This document shows, one piece after another, positions 8,588 through 17,480 of a stretch of DNA of 64,000 nucleotides. This DNA comes from a bacterium. GTDB lineage: Bacteria > Patescibacteriota > Patescibacteriia > Patescibacteriales > UBA12465. Every line of letters begins with the position of its first letter. The stretch's first letter is position 1. Under the pieces are notes generated by a model. It had not been told where the DNA came from. It did no database searches and worked only from the letters and a program-made list of their open reading frames with translations. The translations under genes and the position numbers were made by a program. The stretch is taken from contig DAONDZ010000002.1 in assembly GCA_035402825.1 (NCBI GenBank), forward strand, positions 1,854 to 65,853. The letters are read 5' to 3'.

Positions 8588-9730
8588 TTACACCACCTGA
8601 CGATGAATATTAGCTTGAATCCGCACTAAAACCTCATAAGGAATGGTGTCTGATAGTTTAGCCAAATTAGAAACACAATTAGGAGCTAGCGGATCGGCCG
8701 AGATTACCTCTACCCTATCCCCCACTGATAACGGATTATTATTAATATCCAAAGCGGTTAAATTCATACAGACCCTCCCTGCTATTTTAGCATAAAAAGG
8801 GTGAAGAGATAAACAACGAAACTCAGCCTGGTTGGATAATCCCCTGTCTAGCCCTTCAAAATAACCAAAAGGAATAATAGCAATATTAGTTGGCTGAGTG
8901 GCAATATAGCTCTCGTTGTAAGAGACGCTAGAACCGGCCTCTAGAGCCTGAATAACCACTACCTGCGAAATTACCCGCAAAGCTGGCTTAAGCTTCAGGG
9001 CGGGCAAATAATGGGCGCTGGAAGGCAAAAAAGGATTATACCCATATAAAGCCAATCCGGCACGGTAGGCGGTCAAACGGCTATCGGGCCAAGAAAAGAT
9101 AGCGGCCGAATTGCCCAAATGCAAGGCCGAGGGATTTATTCCTTTGGCTTTTAATTTATCCAGAGCCGCAAAAAAGGCGGCGGTTTGTTTTTGATTCAAA
9201 TCAGAATCGGTGTCAGCCGAAGATAAATGTGAGGCTAAACCGACAATTTGCAAACGAGGCAAATCAGCGGCCACCTCCGCCAAAAAGAGATCTAAATTGC
9301 CAATCCCCTCTCTATTCATACCGGTGTTTATAAACAAATGAACTTTAGCGCCGGCGTGATAGCAAGCTAAATATTTAAACGTTTTAATATTATAAACGCA
9401 AAACTCGGTGCGAGAAAAATTAGCGTAACGATAAGCGGCCAAAGGCATTTCGCCTAAAATTAAGACTCGCCCTTTAAAATAGCGATAGGCTATTTGGGCT
9501 TCCGGAAAAGAATCCACCACCACCATTTGAGCGCTAGTCTTATTCAAAATCCGGCATATCTCTTTCAGCCCATGGCCGTAGGCATTGGATTTCAAAACCG
9601 GCCAAACATCTTTGCCTGGCTGCAAGCTTTGGAGATAAGAAAAATTATCCAGAATATTCTGCTGGATAATTTCCACCCGGTTCAAGGGTTCATATTCCGG
9701 CTTAATCAATTGTCTGAACCAATTCATCAT
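8588..9730 (-). CDS. alr: Alanine racemase
   Basis: PLP-lysine motif VLKSNAYGHGL, with overall Alr length and pattern (RxGxALYG-like AYRAGLALYGYNP). Confidence 0.85.
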   Translation of the reverse strand: MMNWFRQLIKPEYEPLNRVEIIQQNILDNFSYLQSLQPGKDVWPVLKSNAYGHGLKEICRILNKTSAQMVVVDSFPEAQIAYRYFKGRVLILGEMPLAAYRYANFSRTEFCVYNIKTFKYLACYHAGAKVHLFINTGMNREGIGNLDLFLAEVAADLPRLQIVGLASHLSSADTDSDLNQKQTAAFFAALDKLKAKGINPSALHLGNSAAIFSWPDSRLTAYRAGLALYGYNPFLPSSAHYLPALKLKPALRVISQVVVIQALEAGSSVSYNESYIATQPTNIAIIPFGYFEGLDRGLSNQAEFRCLSLHPFYAKIAGRVCMNLTALDINNNPLSVGDRVEVISADPLAPNCVSNLAKLSDTIPYEVLVRIQANIHRQVV

Positions 9731-9733
9731 AGC

Positions 9734-11386
9734 TTATTCCGCGCTCACCACTTGACCGCGGCCGCGGCCCAAGAGATCGGCATCTAAATTAGTACTGAGA
9801 GTATTTAGCTTTCCGCTCATATTTTCTCCGACAAAAGTATCTTTAGCGCTATAAGATATATTATCAGCCAGAATCATCAGTTGGCCTAAATTAGCACTCT
9901 CCGGGAAACAAGAAACCTCAAAGCCAACATAGTATTGCGAGGGGCTAGTCTCTTTATCTACACCATCTAAACTCCAGGTAACGCGTTGAGTCAAATCATT
10001 ATAGCGAAAAGTGCCGGCGCTCATAGTTTTCTTGCCGCTCCACATAGTTCCGGCGGGCAAATCAGCTTGCAAGGAAAAATTCTCTAAACTATTTCCGGAG
10101 TTGCTCACTTCCCAGAATATCCAATAGTTAGTGGCCATGCCGACTTGAGGCGGCAAAGGACCGACCCCGAGCTGATCGCCTTGAGGGCTGTAATAATAAG
10201 CTCCTGATTTTATCTTCAATCGCGAGAAAAATTTCACGGCCGGAGCTTCAACGCGATAGCGCAGCTCATCGCCGGAAAGCTGATAATCAGCCAAGGCGAT
10301 TAAGGTCAGTTTCTGCTCAGTTTCATTCTTGTCTTTAAAAACTACCCCGAAACTAGCCTGTCCCGATCCTTGATAATTCAAAGCTGATTTTAATCGGAAA
10401 GAGCCGGAATTAGGTTCCAAGCTCGGGTTAGCCGAAATCAACCGGACATTATTTAGGCCACCGGCAAAAGAAAAACGTAAATTATTAATAGCTTGCTCGT
10501 TACCGTTTTCATAGCGCAAGTCATAGACCACCTCTTCCCCATTGCGCACTGCTTTAGAACTCGGAGCTAAAACTATTTTAAATTTATTTTCCGTCAAAGT
10601 AATTTCTTGGCGCAACTCTCCTTGCAATCTATTGGTTTTATTAATTTCGGAAAAATACTGCAAACGCAAATCAGCCTTATTCTTATTACCCAAACTGACC
10701 ATAGTCAATTCCACTTCTTTTTTCTCTCCGGCCGAAATAGTGAAAGCATCGGTCGGGCCAGAAACTATTTTAAAATCAGCCGGAGCAGCCAGACTGACCT
10801 TATCAAAATCAACATCACCCTGATTAGCTAATTCCACCTTAGTCTTAAATTCCACGCCTTGATAGATTGTCTCCGGCAGCTGCCAATTAGCCTGCAAAGT
10901 GGAACCGGAAATATTATAGAAAAAAGATTCCACCAAACCGTTGGGACAAATATCACAATTAAAGAAAAAGAAGAGATCTTGCCGCTCATTCAATGCTCCC
11001 CAAACCCGGCCCTTAACTTTAATCTGGCCGTTAGCTCCGGAAGATAGATCATTTAGGCCGATAGCATTGGTCTCGGCGTTAAAATTAGCTGCCGGTTCCA
11101 CTGATTCCAAAACAAAATTATCCGGCCAATTAAAAGACACAGAATTATTTTTAACATCTTTTTGAGCTTTATAATCAATCACGAACTCCACCATTTCGCC
11201 ACTGACTGCCTTTTCAGTATTCAAAGCCACCTTAAAATTAACTACATTTGCCGGCCGCCAAATACGGATAAGCAGCAGGGTTAAGCCTAGCAAGAGAATT
11301 AAAACCACAAAAGCGATATCGGCGACGATATGCCATTTATTTTTCTGATAATATTTCTCCGCTCGCTTTAACCAAAATTGGCGCAT
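9734..11386 (-). CDS. Membrane-anchored surface protein with Ig-like (CARDB/DUF11-like) beta-sandwich repeats; paralog of 38050-40002
   Basis: N-terminal TM (WHIVADIAFVVLILLLGLTLLLI) and beta-rich repeats. It shares the C-terminal motif GPLPPQVG...W.V.N with the 650-aa protein (GPLPPKVG). Confidence 0.5.
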   Translation of the reverse strand: MRQFWLKRAEKYYQKNKWHIVADIAFVVLILLLGLTLLLIRIWRPANVVNFKVALNTEKAVSGEMVEFVIDYKAQKDVKNNSVSFNWPDNFVLESVEPAANFNAETNAIGLNDLSSGANGQIKVKGRVWGALNERQDLFFFFNCDICPNGLVESFFYNISGSTLQANWQLPETIYQGVEFKTKVELANQGDVDFDKVSLAAPADFKIVSGPTDAFTISAGEKKEVELTMVSLGNKNKADLRLQYFSEINKTNRLQGELRQEITLTENKFKIVLAPSSKAVRNGEEVVYDLRYENGNEQAINNLRFSFAGGLNNVRLISANPSLEPNSGSFRLKSALNYQGSGQASFGVVFKDKNETEQKLTLIALADYQLSGDELRYRVEAPAVKFFSRLKIKSGAYYYSPQGDQLGVGPLPPQVGMATNYWIFWEVSNSGNSLENFSLQADLPAGTMWSGKKTMSAGTFRYNDLTQRVTWSLDGVDKETSPSQYYVGFEVSCFPESANLGQLMILADNISYSAKDTFVGENMSGKLNTLSTNLDADLLGRGRGQVVSAE

Positions 11387-11413
11387 ATATTTTTATGATT
11401 AATAAAATAATAA

Positions 11414-13432
11414 TTAAAAATTAGGAATGGTGGCTAAAATTTCAAAAACTCCATTATTATCCAAATCTTCGGTCAGCACCTTTACCCCCTTAGTGTAAGT
11501 ATTGTCATAGGCCATAAACTGACTTTTTATTTTGCCTTGCAAATTAAATATCTTGATATGCGGCCCGCCGGTGGCGCCAGGGCTGGTAACAATTTCATTT
11601 TTACCATCACCATCGACATCGGCGCTGGCGACATAAACGCCGCCCTTAAATCGCTTGTCATAAGCCATGAACTTATTCAACATTTTGCCTCGTTTATCAA
11701 ATACTCTGACTTCTGGACCGCCGCCGGTTCCGGCGCCGGTAATAATATCCTTTTGACCGTCACCATCCATATCGGCACTGGCAATATTAACCCCGCCCTT
11801 AAAATTTTTGTCATAGGCTAAAAAGACACCAAGTAGTTTTCCCTGAGTATTAAAAATTTGTACTTGCGGCGCATAGCCCTTAAAAGCGCCCACCAATATT
11901 TCCGCTTGGCCATTATTATCTAAATCGGCTACCGCCATGCTAATCTGCTCTTTAGTACTTTTATTAATCGGAGCGAATGATTTTATCTTCTGGCCTTGGC
12001 GATAAATACTAATTTGGTTTTGATAATTAGAAACCATTTCTTCTTGGCCGTCACTATCAATATCAGCGATATGAATTTGAGATTGACCCGGCAAACTATC
12101 TAAATAGGAGAAAAAACCGTTCTGGGTCTGTTCGCCTTGATTATTAAAAGACCGAACGAAATAGCCGTTATAGAAGCGGCTATTTTTTATTTCCGTTTTG
12201 CGTTTTAATAAAATGATACCGTCATTAGGATTAACCTTCACCCAATTAACTTTAGTGCCGTCATTGACAGTGCCATCCTGGGAGCCATTAATTTTTTCCA
12301 CTTCTTCAAAACCAAAAACATAGCGCTGGGCTTGATTGGTGGAATTGACTAACACCAAACCATTTTCAAAATCTTTGCGCCAGAGACCAGGTTTGAAAGT
12401 ATCATTTTCCCTATCCAAAAGATTATAGGCCGGATAAAGCGCCCGCCCCAAATCAACGTCATATTCATCATACCACCACAGCTGTCCGTGATCGGTATTA
12501 TTATAGTCATAGCTGAAATAACCACCATCTCTCAACATGGCGCTAGTTAAGGCAAAGCGCATCTTCTGAAAATTATTGCGATCGCCGCTATAAGAATTGA
12601 TGACCGCTAACTGCGGGGTGCGATTATATTTAGCAATCCGATAATATGATTTCATAGATCCGGACCAGGTCCCGCCATTTTCCCAAGGGCTGGGAAAGTT
12701 TTCCATGAGCATGCCATTTAAATAAGGTTGGTAGCCGTCATAAATTAATCCATTGCCCATCAAGATAACATCATTGCCCATTAATCGGCGGCTGAGATCC
12801 AACATTGACTTAACACCGTTGGCCCATTGGCTATTGACGGTGGCGGCACTTTCTGTGCGGCCGTCGTTGTTAATATCAATATCCCCCTTCACCCAGGTAA
12901 CATCTCCCCAGAGATTATCATAATAAATGCCGTCCCAGAGGCCGGTGCTATAAATATTTTCACTGACAAAGCGAGGCAAGAATTGATTGAAGCCGGTATT
13001 AGCGCTGAGGTTAAACATATATGTGCCGGGCCAAAATGAAATCCGTTGGCCAGAACCGTCTTTTAACCAATAAGAAGACTCCACTTGGTCCACCAGCCTT
13101 TTGCGCAAGGTAGCGTTCATTTGCCATTCAGAATTATAGATATCGGCATTAGCTTCTTCGGAAGTGATATAAGCTAAAATAATAATATCGGGATTAAGGG
13201 ATCTGATTCTTTCCAAATTAGCCCGGCTATTTTCTTGGACTTCCATGTCTAAAATCAATAAATCCCAGCGAGCCAATTCTTCCACTTCGTAGTCTTCAAT
13301 AGTCCAACGCAGGAAATAATTAGCTAACTTGGGATTTAAACGCTCATCATCCGCCTCACTAGCGGTGGGGGCAATAATAAATAGAGTTAAGAATAGCAAT
13401 AAAATTGTAGTGATTCTTTTGGTCCAATCCAT
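11414..13432 (-). CDS. Secreted putative glycoside hydrolase (GHL15/GH114-like TIM barrel) with C-terminal FG-GAP/VCBS repeats
   Basis: The TIM-barrel-like N-terminal half (WDLLILDME, PDIIILAYI, LWDGIYYDNLW) is paralogous to 24724-26349. The C-terminus has 5 Ca-binding-type repeats (DIDSDGQEE, DLDNNGQAE, DMDGDGQKD, DVDGDGKNE, DLDNNGVFE). The track start at 13450 is a GTG. The ATG at 13432 (MDWTKRITTILLLF...) gives a clean signal peptide. Confidence 0.6.
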   Translation of the reverse strand: MDWTKRITTILLLFLTLFIIAPTASEADDERLNPKLANYFLRWTIEDYEVEELARWDLLILDMEVQENSRANLERIRSLNPDIIILAYITSEEANADIYNSEWQMNATLRKRLVDQVESSYWLKDGSGQRISFWPGTYMFNLSANTGFNQFLPRFVSENIYSTGLWDGIYYDNLWGDVTWVKGDIDINNDGRTESAATVNSQWANGVKSMLDLSRRLMGNDVILMGNGLIYDGYQPYLNGMLMENFPSPWENGGTWSGSMKSYYRIAKYNRTPQLAVINSYSGDRNNFQKMRFALTSAMLRDGGYFSYDYNNTDHGQLWWYDEYDVDLGRALYPAYNLLDRENDTFKPGLWRKDFENGLVLVNSTNQAQRYVFGFEEVEKINGSQDGTVNDGTKVNWVKVNPNDGIILLKRKTEIKNSRFYNGYFVRSFNNQGEQTQNGFFSYLDSLPGQSQIHIADIDSDGQEEMVSNYQNQISIYRQGQKIKSFAPINKSTKEQISMAVADLDNNGQAEILVGAFKGYAPQVQIFNTQGKLLGVFLAYDKNFKGGVNIASADMDGDGQKDIITGAGTGGGPEVRVFDKRGKMLNKFMAYDKRFKGGVYVASADVDGDGKNEIVTSPGATGGPHIKIFNLQGKIKSQFMAYDNTYTKGVKVLTEDLDNNGVFEILATIPNF

Positions 13433-13473
13433 AATAGGTAAAATTATCACAAAAATGCACTATTGTCAACAAA

Positions 13474-14730
13474 TTATGATTGCGGGACAATTTTTTTCAT
13501 CTTCACAGGCAAATACTGACGCAAGATTTTAGGGATAATCACCGAACCATCGGCCTGCTGGAATTGCTCCAAAATAGCCGGCAACAAGCGGCTAGTGGCT
13601 AATCCTGAGGCATTTAAGGTATGAGGAAAATCATTTTGCTTAGTAATGGAATTTTTGAAGCGCATATTGCCGCGGCGAGCTTGATAATCCAAGGCGTTGG
13701 AAATAGAGCTAACCTCCTTGTAGATTTTCATACTAGGAATCCAAACTTCCAAGTCCACCGTCTTCGCCATGGCCGCCGAACAATCACCGGCCGCCAATTG
13801 GCTGGTTTGAAAATGCAAACCCAATCCCCTGATTAAATCCTCAGCAATTTTTCTTAGCTCAGCAAAAGCCGACCAAGAATCTTCCGGCTTAGTATATTGA
13901 AACAATTCCACCTTATTAAACTGATGGCCACGAATCATTCCCCGCTCTTCCTGGCGATAGCTGCCAGCCTCCCTTCTAAAGCAAGGTGAGTAGGCAAAAT
14001 ATTTTTTAGGCAATTCGTCTTCGGCCAAAATTTCATCACGGTGATAATTGCCCAGCATCATTTCGCTGGTGGCATTTAAACAAAGCTTATCCTGAGTCCA
14101 AAATAAATCATCGCGGAACTTAGGCAAATGTCCGGAGGCATAGGCCGAAGCTTCGTTGAGCAAAAAAGGCGGGATAATAAAAGTATAACCTCTCTTGGTA
14201 TGCTGATCGATAAAATAATTTAATAAAGCCCATTCCAATAAGGCTCCGGCACCTTTATAAATCCAAAAACCGGATCCGGACATTTTGGCAGCTCTTTCAT
14301 AATCAATGATGCCCAATTTGGTAGCTAACTCCACATGATCCTTAGGTTCAAAATTAAATTGCGGCTGAGTACCAAAAGTATACACCACTTCATTATTCTC
14401 TTTGCCACCCGCTTTAACATCGTCAGCCGGCAAATTAGGCAAAGCCGACATCTTGTCTTTTAATTCTGTTTCTACTTTATTTAATTCCTCTTCGATTTTT
14501 TTAATCTCCTCGCCCAAATCTTTCATCTTCTTAATAGTCACTTCATCTGGCTTCACCTTAGACCCCTTGTTCCTTTCGGCTTTCAAGCCCTCCACTTGAG
14601 AAATTAATTCACGCCGCTTGTCGTCTAAAGCAAAAATCTCCGGCAAAGAAAAATCTTCCGGACGCAACCGCTTGTTAAGTGCCGCCTCAGCTTGAGCTTG
14701 ATTGTCCCGCAAATATTTTAAATCCAACAT
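13474..14730 (-). CDS. serS: Seryl-tRNA synthetase
   Basis: N-terminal coiled-coil arm (MLDLKYLRDN...) and a class II core (FRREAGS, GHQFNKVE, ATSRLL). Confidence 0.9.
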   Translation of the reverse strand: MLDLKYLRDNQAQAEAALNKRLRPEDFSLPEIFALDDKRRELISQVEGLKAERNKGSKVKPDEVTIKKMKDLGEEIKKIEEELNKVETELKDKMSALPNLPADDVKAGGKENNEVVYTFGTQPQFNFEPKDHVELATKLGIIDYERAAKMSGSGFWIYKGAGALLEWALLNYFIDQHTKRGYTFIIPPFLLNEASAYASGHLPKFRDDLFWTQDKLCLNATSEMMLGNYHRDEILAEDELPKKYFAYSPCFRREAGSYRQEERGMIRGHQFNKVELFQYTKPEDSWSAFAELRKIAEDLIRGLGLHFQTSQLAAGDCSAAMAKTVDLEVWIPSMKIYKEVSSISNALDYQARRGNMRFKNSITKQNDFPHTLNASGLATSRLLPAILEQFQQADGSVIIPKILRQYLPVKMKKIVPQS

Positions 14731-14734
14731 ATGT

Positions 14735-16279
14735 TTAGCTTACCACTTCGCCTCCGAAGGTTTTTAATAAATTATTTAATAAATTGGTATTGCCTTGACT
14801 GACGACATCATTCTTTACCTCTAGCCCTTCATCAATTTCAGCTTTTATGAGCAGGGGCTTCCCATAGACATCGCTTAAAACCTGTTCCACACTCTGTTTA
14901 ATGCCCTCGGACATTATCCGGTCCTTATGAAACTTATACTTAAAAGCCAGCTCTAGAACTCCATTTTCCGCGCCTCGGACCGCGCAGCCGCTTAACACGA
15001 AGGACAAGGAATGATTCAAATCTTTAATCCGTTTCATCACTTCTCCCCATTTGGCTTCTATCTCAGCGATACTGAAGTTAACCCCGGAAACCGGCTGAGC
15101 CGATTCGGTCTTGATCTTCTCGGCTACCGGCTTAGGACTAACCTTGGTCTCCGGCGGAGACGACGGCAAGGAATTGGAGATATTAGAGGAACCGCATAAA
15201 TCAACTATGGCCAACTCTAGGGGGAGTTGAATAATGAAACTATCTTTTAATTCCTCTAAAGCCAGCAAGAAACGATTAATAAAACGACTAATCTGTTCGG
15301 CGGTCATCTTCTGGCCCAAAGCAGTTATTTTCATCTCTAAACTCTCGCCATAATCCAAGCCTAAAGTTTCAGCTAAACCCGGATTAAATTTAGTAATGAG
15401 TAATTTGCGTAAAACTTCAATTAAATCCGTAGTAAATATTTTTAAATTAACACCAGAATCAACCAATTGATTTACCAGCTTAATGCCAGAGCCGGCATCT
15501 TTAGCCAAAAGATAATCTAATAGTTCTAAAATCTCCTGGAAGGCACTGCGGGGCAAAACTAAATCAGCCTCAGCTTGAGTTATCTCCTGGCCGCCGATAG
15601 ACATAATCTGACCCAAGATGCTTTCCGCATCACGCAGATAACCATCAGCCTGACGAGCTACCGCCTCCAATATTCCCGGTGCTACTTTTATTTTTTCATT
15701 CTTAGTGATATATTCCAACTTCTTAACCATGTCCACCAAGCTGATTCGTTTAAAATCAAATCTTTGACAACGAGAAATAATAGTCAAAGGTACTTTATGA
15801 ACTTCAGTAGTACAAAGCACGAAAATTACATCGCGCGGCGGTTCTTCTAAAGTTTTAAGCAAAGCATTAAAAGCTGAAATGGATAGCATGTGCACCTCGT
15901 CAATGATGAACACTTTATATTTCCCTTTTCCGGGAGCCACTCGGCTAAAATTAATAATATTTTCTCGGACGTGATCAACACCAGTATTGGAGGCGGCATC
16001 AATTTCCATAATATCTAAATGCCGGCCCGAATTGATGGCCCGACAATTATCACATTCATTACAAGGTTCGTAATCATTGTCCTTTCTTTTTTCGCAATTA
16101 ACCGCCTTAGCCAAAACCCGAGCCATGGTAGTTTTTCCCACCGCCCGCGGACCGCAAAACAAATAAGCCTGCGCGATTTTGCCGGACAAAATCTCGTTCT
16201 GGATTATCGTTTTAATATAATTCTGCCCCAAAATATTAGCAAAGTTCTGAGGCCGATATTGTCGGTATAAAGTTGGCAT
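14735..16279 (-). CDS. dnaX: DNA polymerase III subunit gamma/tau
   Basis: Walker A GPRAVGKTTMARVLAKAVNC, a Zn module CEKRKDNDYEPCNECDNC, and the motifs DEVHMLS and SRCQRF. Confidence 0.9.
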   Translation of the reverse strand: MPTLYRQYRPQNFANILGQNYIKTIIQNEILSGKIAQAYLFCGPRAVGKTTMARVLAKAVNCEKRKDNDYEPCNECDNCRAINSGRHLDIMEIDAASNTGVDHVRENIINFSRVAPGKGKYKVFIIDEVHMLSISAFNALLKTLEEPPRDVIFVLCTTEVHKVPLTIISRCQRFDFKRISLVDMVKKLEYITKNEKIKVAPGILEAVARQADGYLRDAESILGQIMSIGGQEITQAEADLVLPRSAFQEILELLDYLLAKDAGSGIKLVNQLVDSGVNLKIFTTDLIEVLRKLLITKFNPGLAETLGLDYGESLEMKITALGQKMTAEQISRFINRFLLALEELKDSFIIQLPLELAIVDLCGSSNISNSLPSSPPETKVSPKPVAEKIKTESAQPVSGVNFSIAEIEAKWGEVMKRIKDLNHSLSFVLSGCAVRGAENGVLELAFKYKFHKDRIMSEGIKQSVEQVLSDVYGKPLLIKAEIDEGLEVKNDVVSQGNTNLLNNLLKTFGGEVVS

Positions 16280-16412
16280 ATTACTCCCCTATTATACCCA
16301 AAAACTAATCTTTTTGCCAGGGGTTGACTGGGTATAAACTTTATGACTAAAACTAATTCCCAACTGATTTTTCCTGCCTAATATAAGCAAATATATTCTT
16401 GTTAATTGGAAA

Positions 16413-16441
16413 TTGACGCCAAAATGACTTTATGATATATT
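16413..16441 (+). promoter_or_regulatory. Candidate promoter (TTGACG-17 nt-TATATT) for the repeat-protein gene
   Basis: TTGACG at 16413-16418 and TATATT at 16436-16441, ~50 nt upstream of a strong SD (caggaggaccctatcATG). Confidence 0.35.
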
Positions 16442-16490
16442 AATCCATTACCTTAACAATAAATTTAATCTAATACAGGAGGACCCTATC

Positions 16491-17417
16491 ATGAATTATG
16501 AAACAGCTTCAGAGCTTTTCCAGTTTTTAAAGACGGAAAAAGAAATATTAAAACTCTTGGCTCAAGTTGAAAGCCAGGATATTGAAGATGCCAGCCGCGG
16601 AGTAATTCCCCTTTTAAAGCTGGAGAAAAAATCAGAACGGCGGATATTAGATATCGTCAAGCAGGCCAACTACAATCAGATTATCTGCGCGGCCGCTCTG
16701 CCGTATATCAAGTCGGAATATCAAATCTTTAACATCATCAAAAAGACTCATGGCCAGAGCGCTGTCTGCCTAGCAGCTATCCCCTGCCTAAAACTGAGGC
16801 AAAAAACTGACAAACAACTTTTGACCGCTCTTAAAAGGATGGGCAGCCATCTGCTGGCTTGTCAGATGATTATTCCCTATTTGAATCTGAAAAAGAAAAA
16901 CCAGGAACAAATTTGGGAGATTATCCAAAAAAGCGGCTATGCCACTGGAATTTGCTTGGAAGCCATTAACCATCTGAAATTAACAGAAAACCAAGCCTTG
17001 ATGCTATTAAGAATGAACGATGATTTTGATTTGAGCCGCAAAGTTATTCCTTATCTGGAGTTAAAAAACAAAACGGAAAGTGAAATCATGGCCTTACTGG
17101 AAAAAATCGGTTATCCGGCCATTGTCTGCTGCGCTGGAATTCAATTTCTCAAACAAGAAGAATTAATTTTGCGCCTCATGACCCTGACTAATTTTCATGT
17201 CGCCGTTTGCCAGCTGGGTGTTAATCTACTCAAACCGGCGGAACAGACAGAAAAAAGGCTTATGGAAATTACCAGAAAGACCGCCTATCACCCCCATCTC
17301 TGCTGGTACTTCATTGCATTCATTAAATCCAAAAAAAGGATTTTAGAAATCATGAAAGGAACCAACTACGACGCCAGAATCTGCAAAGAAGTTTTGCAAA
17401 GGGAAAAATTAAGTTAA
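16491..17417 (+). CDS. Hypothetical alpha-helical tandem-repeat protein (~10 repeats of 27-31 aa, one conserved Cys each)
   Basis: Repeat consensus roughly K.xEx(I/L)(L/M)x(I/L)(I/L)xKxGYxxx(I/V)CxxA(I/L)P(Y/C)LKL. Cys residues fall at 66, 93, 124, 155, 213, 240, 271 and 298. Confidence 0.5.
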   Translation: MNYETASELFQFLKTEKEILKLLAQVESQDIEDASRGVIPLLKLEKKSERRILDIVKQANYNQIICAAALPYIKSEYQIFNIIKKTHGQSAVCLAAIPCLKLRQKTDKQLLTALKRMGSHLLACQMIIPYLNLKKKNQEQIWEIIQKSGYATGICLEAINHLKLTENQALMLLRMNDDFDLSRKVIPYLELKNKTESEIMALLEKIGYPAIVCCAGIQFLKQEELILRLMTLTNFHVAVCQLGVNLLKPAEQTEKRLMEITRKTAYHPHLCWYFIAFIKSKKRILEIMKGTNYDARICKEVLQREKLS

Positions 17418-17421
17418 GCCC

Positions 17422-17455
17422 AAAAAAGCCAGGGACTGCGGTTCTTGGCTTTTTC
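17422..17455. terminator. Bidirectional terminator between convergent genes
   Basis: aaaaAAGCCAGGGActgcggTTCTTGGCTTttt: 10-bp stem (2 G-U pairs) flanked by an A-run and a T-run. Confidence 0.55.
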
Positions 17456-17480
17456 ATATTCTTGAATTTTTAAAATAATC

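Noticed and set aside
16280-16490. SRP RNA (ffs) or another small RNA upstream of dnaX, where it sits in many bacteria
   Set aside because: I found no GGAA/AGCA-type SRP domain IV motif and no extended helix on either strand. The region looks like promoter DNA.
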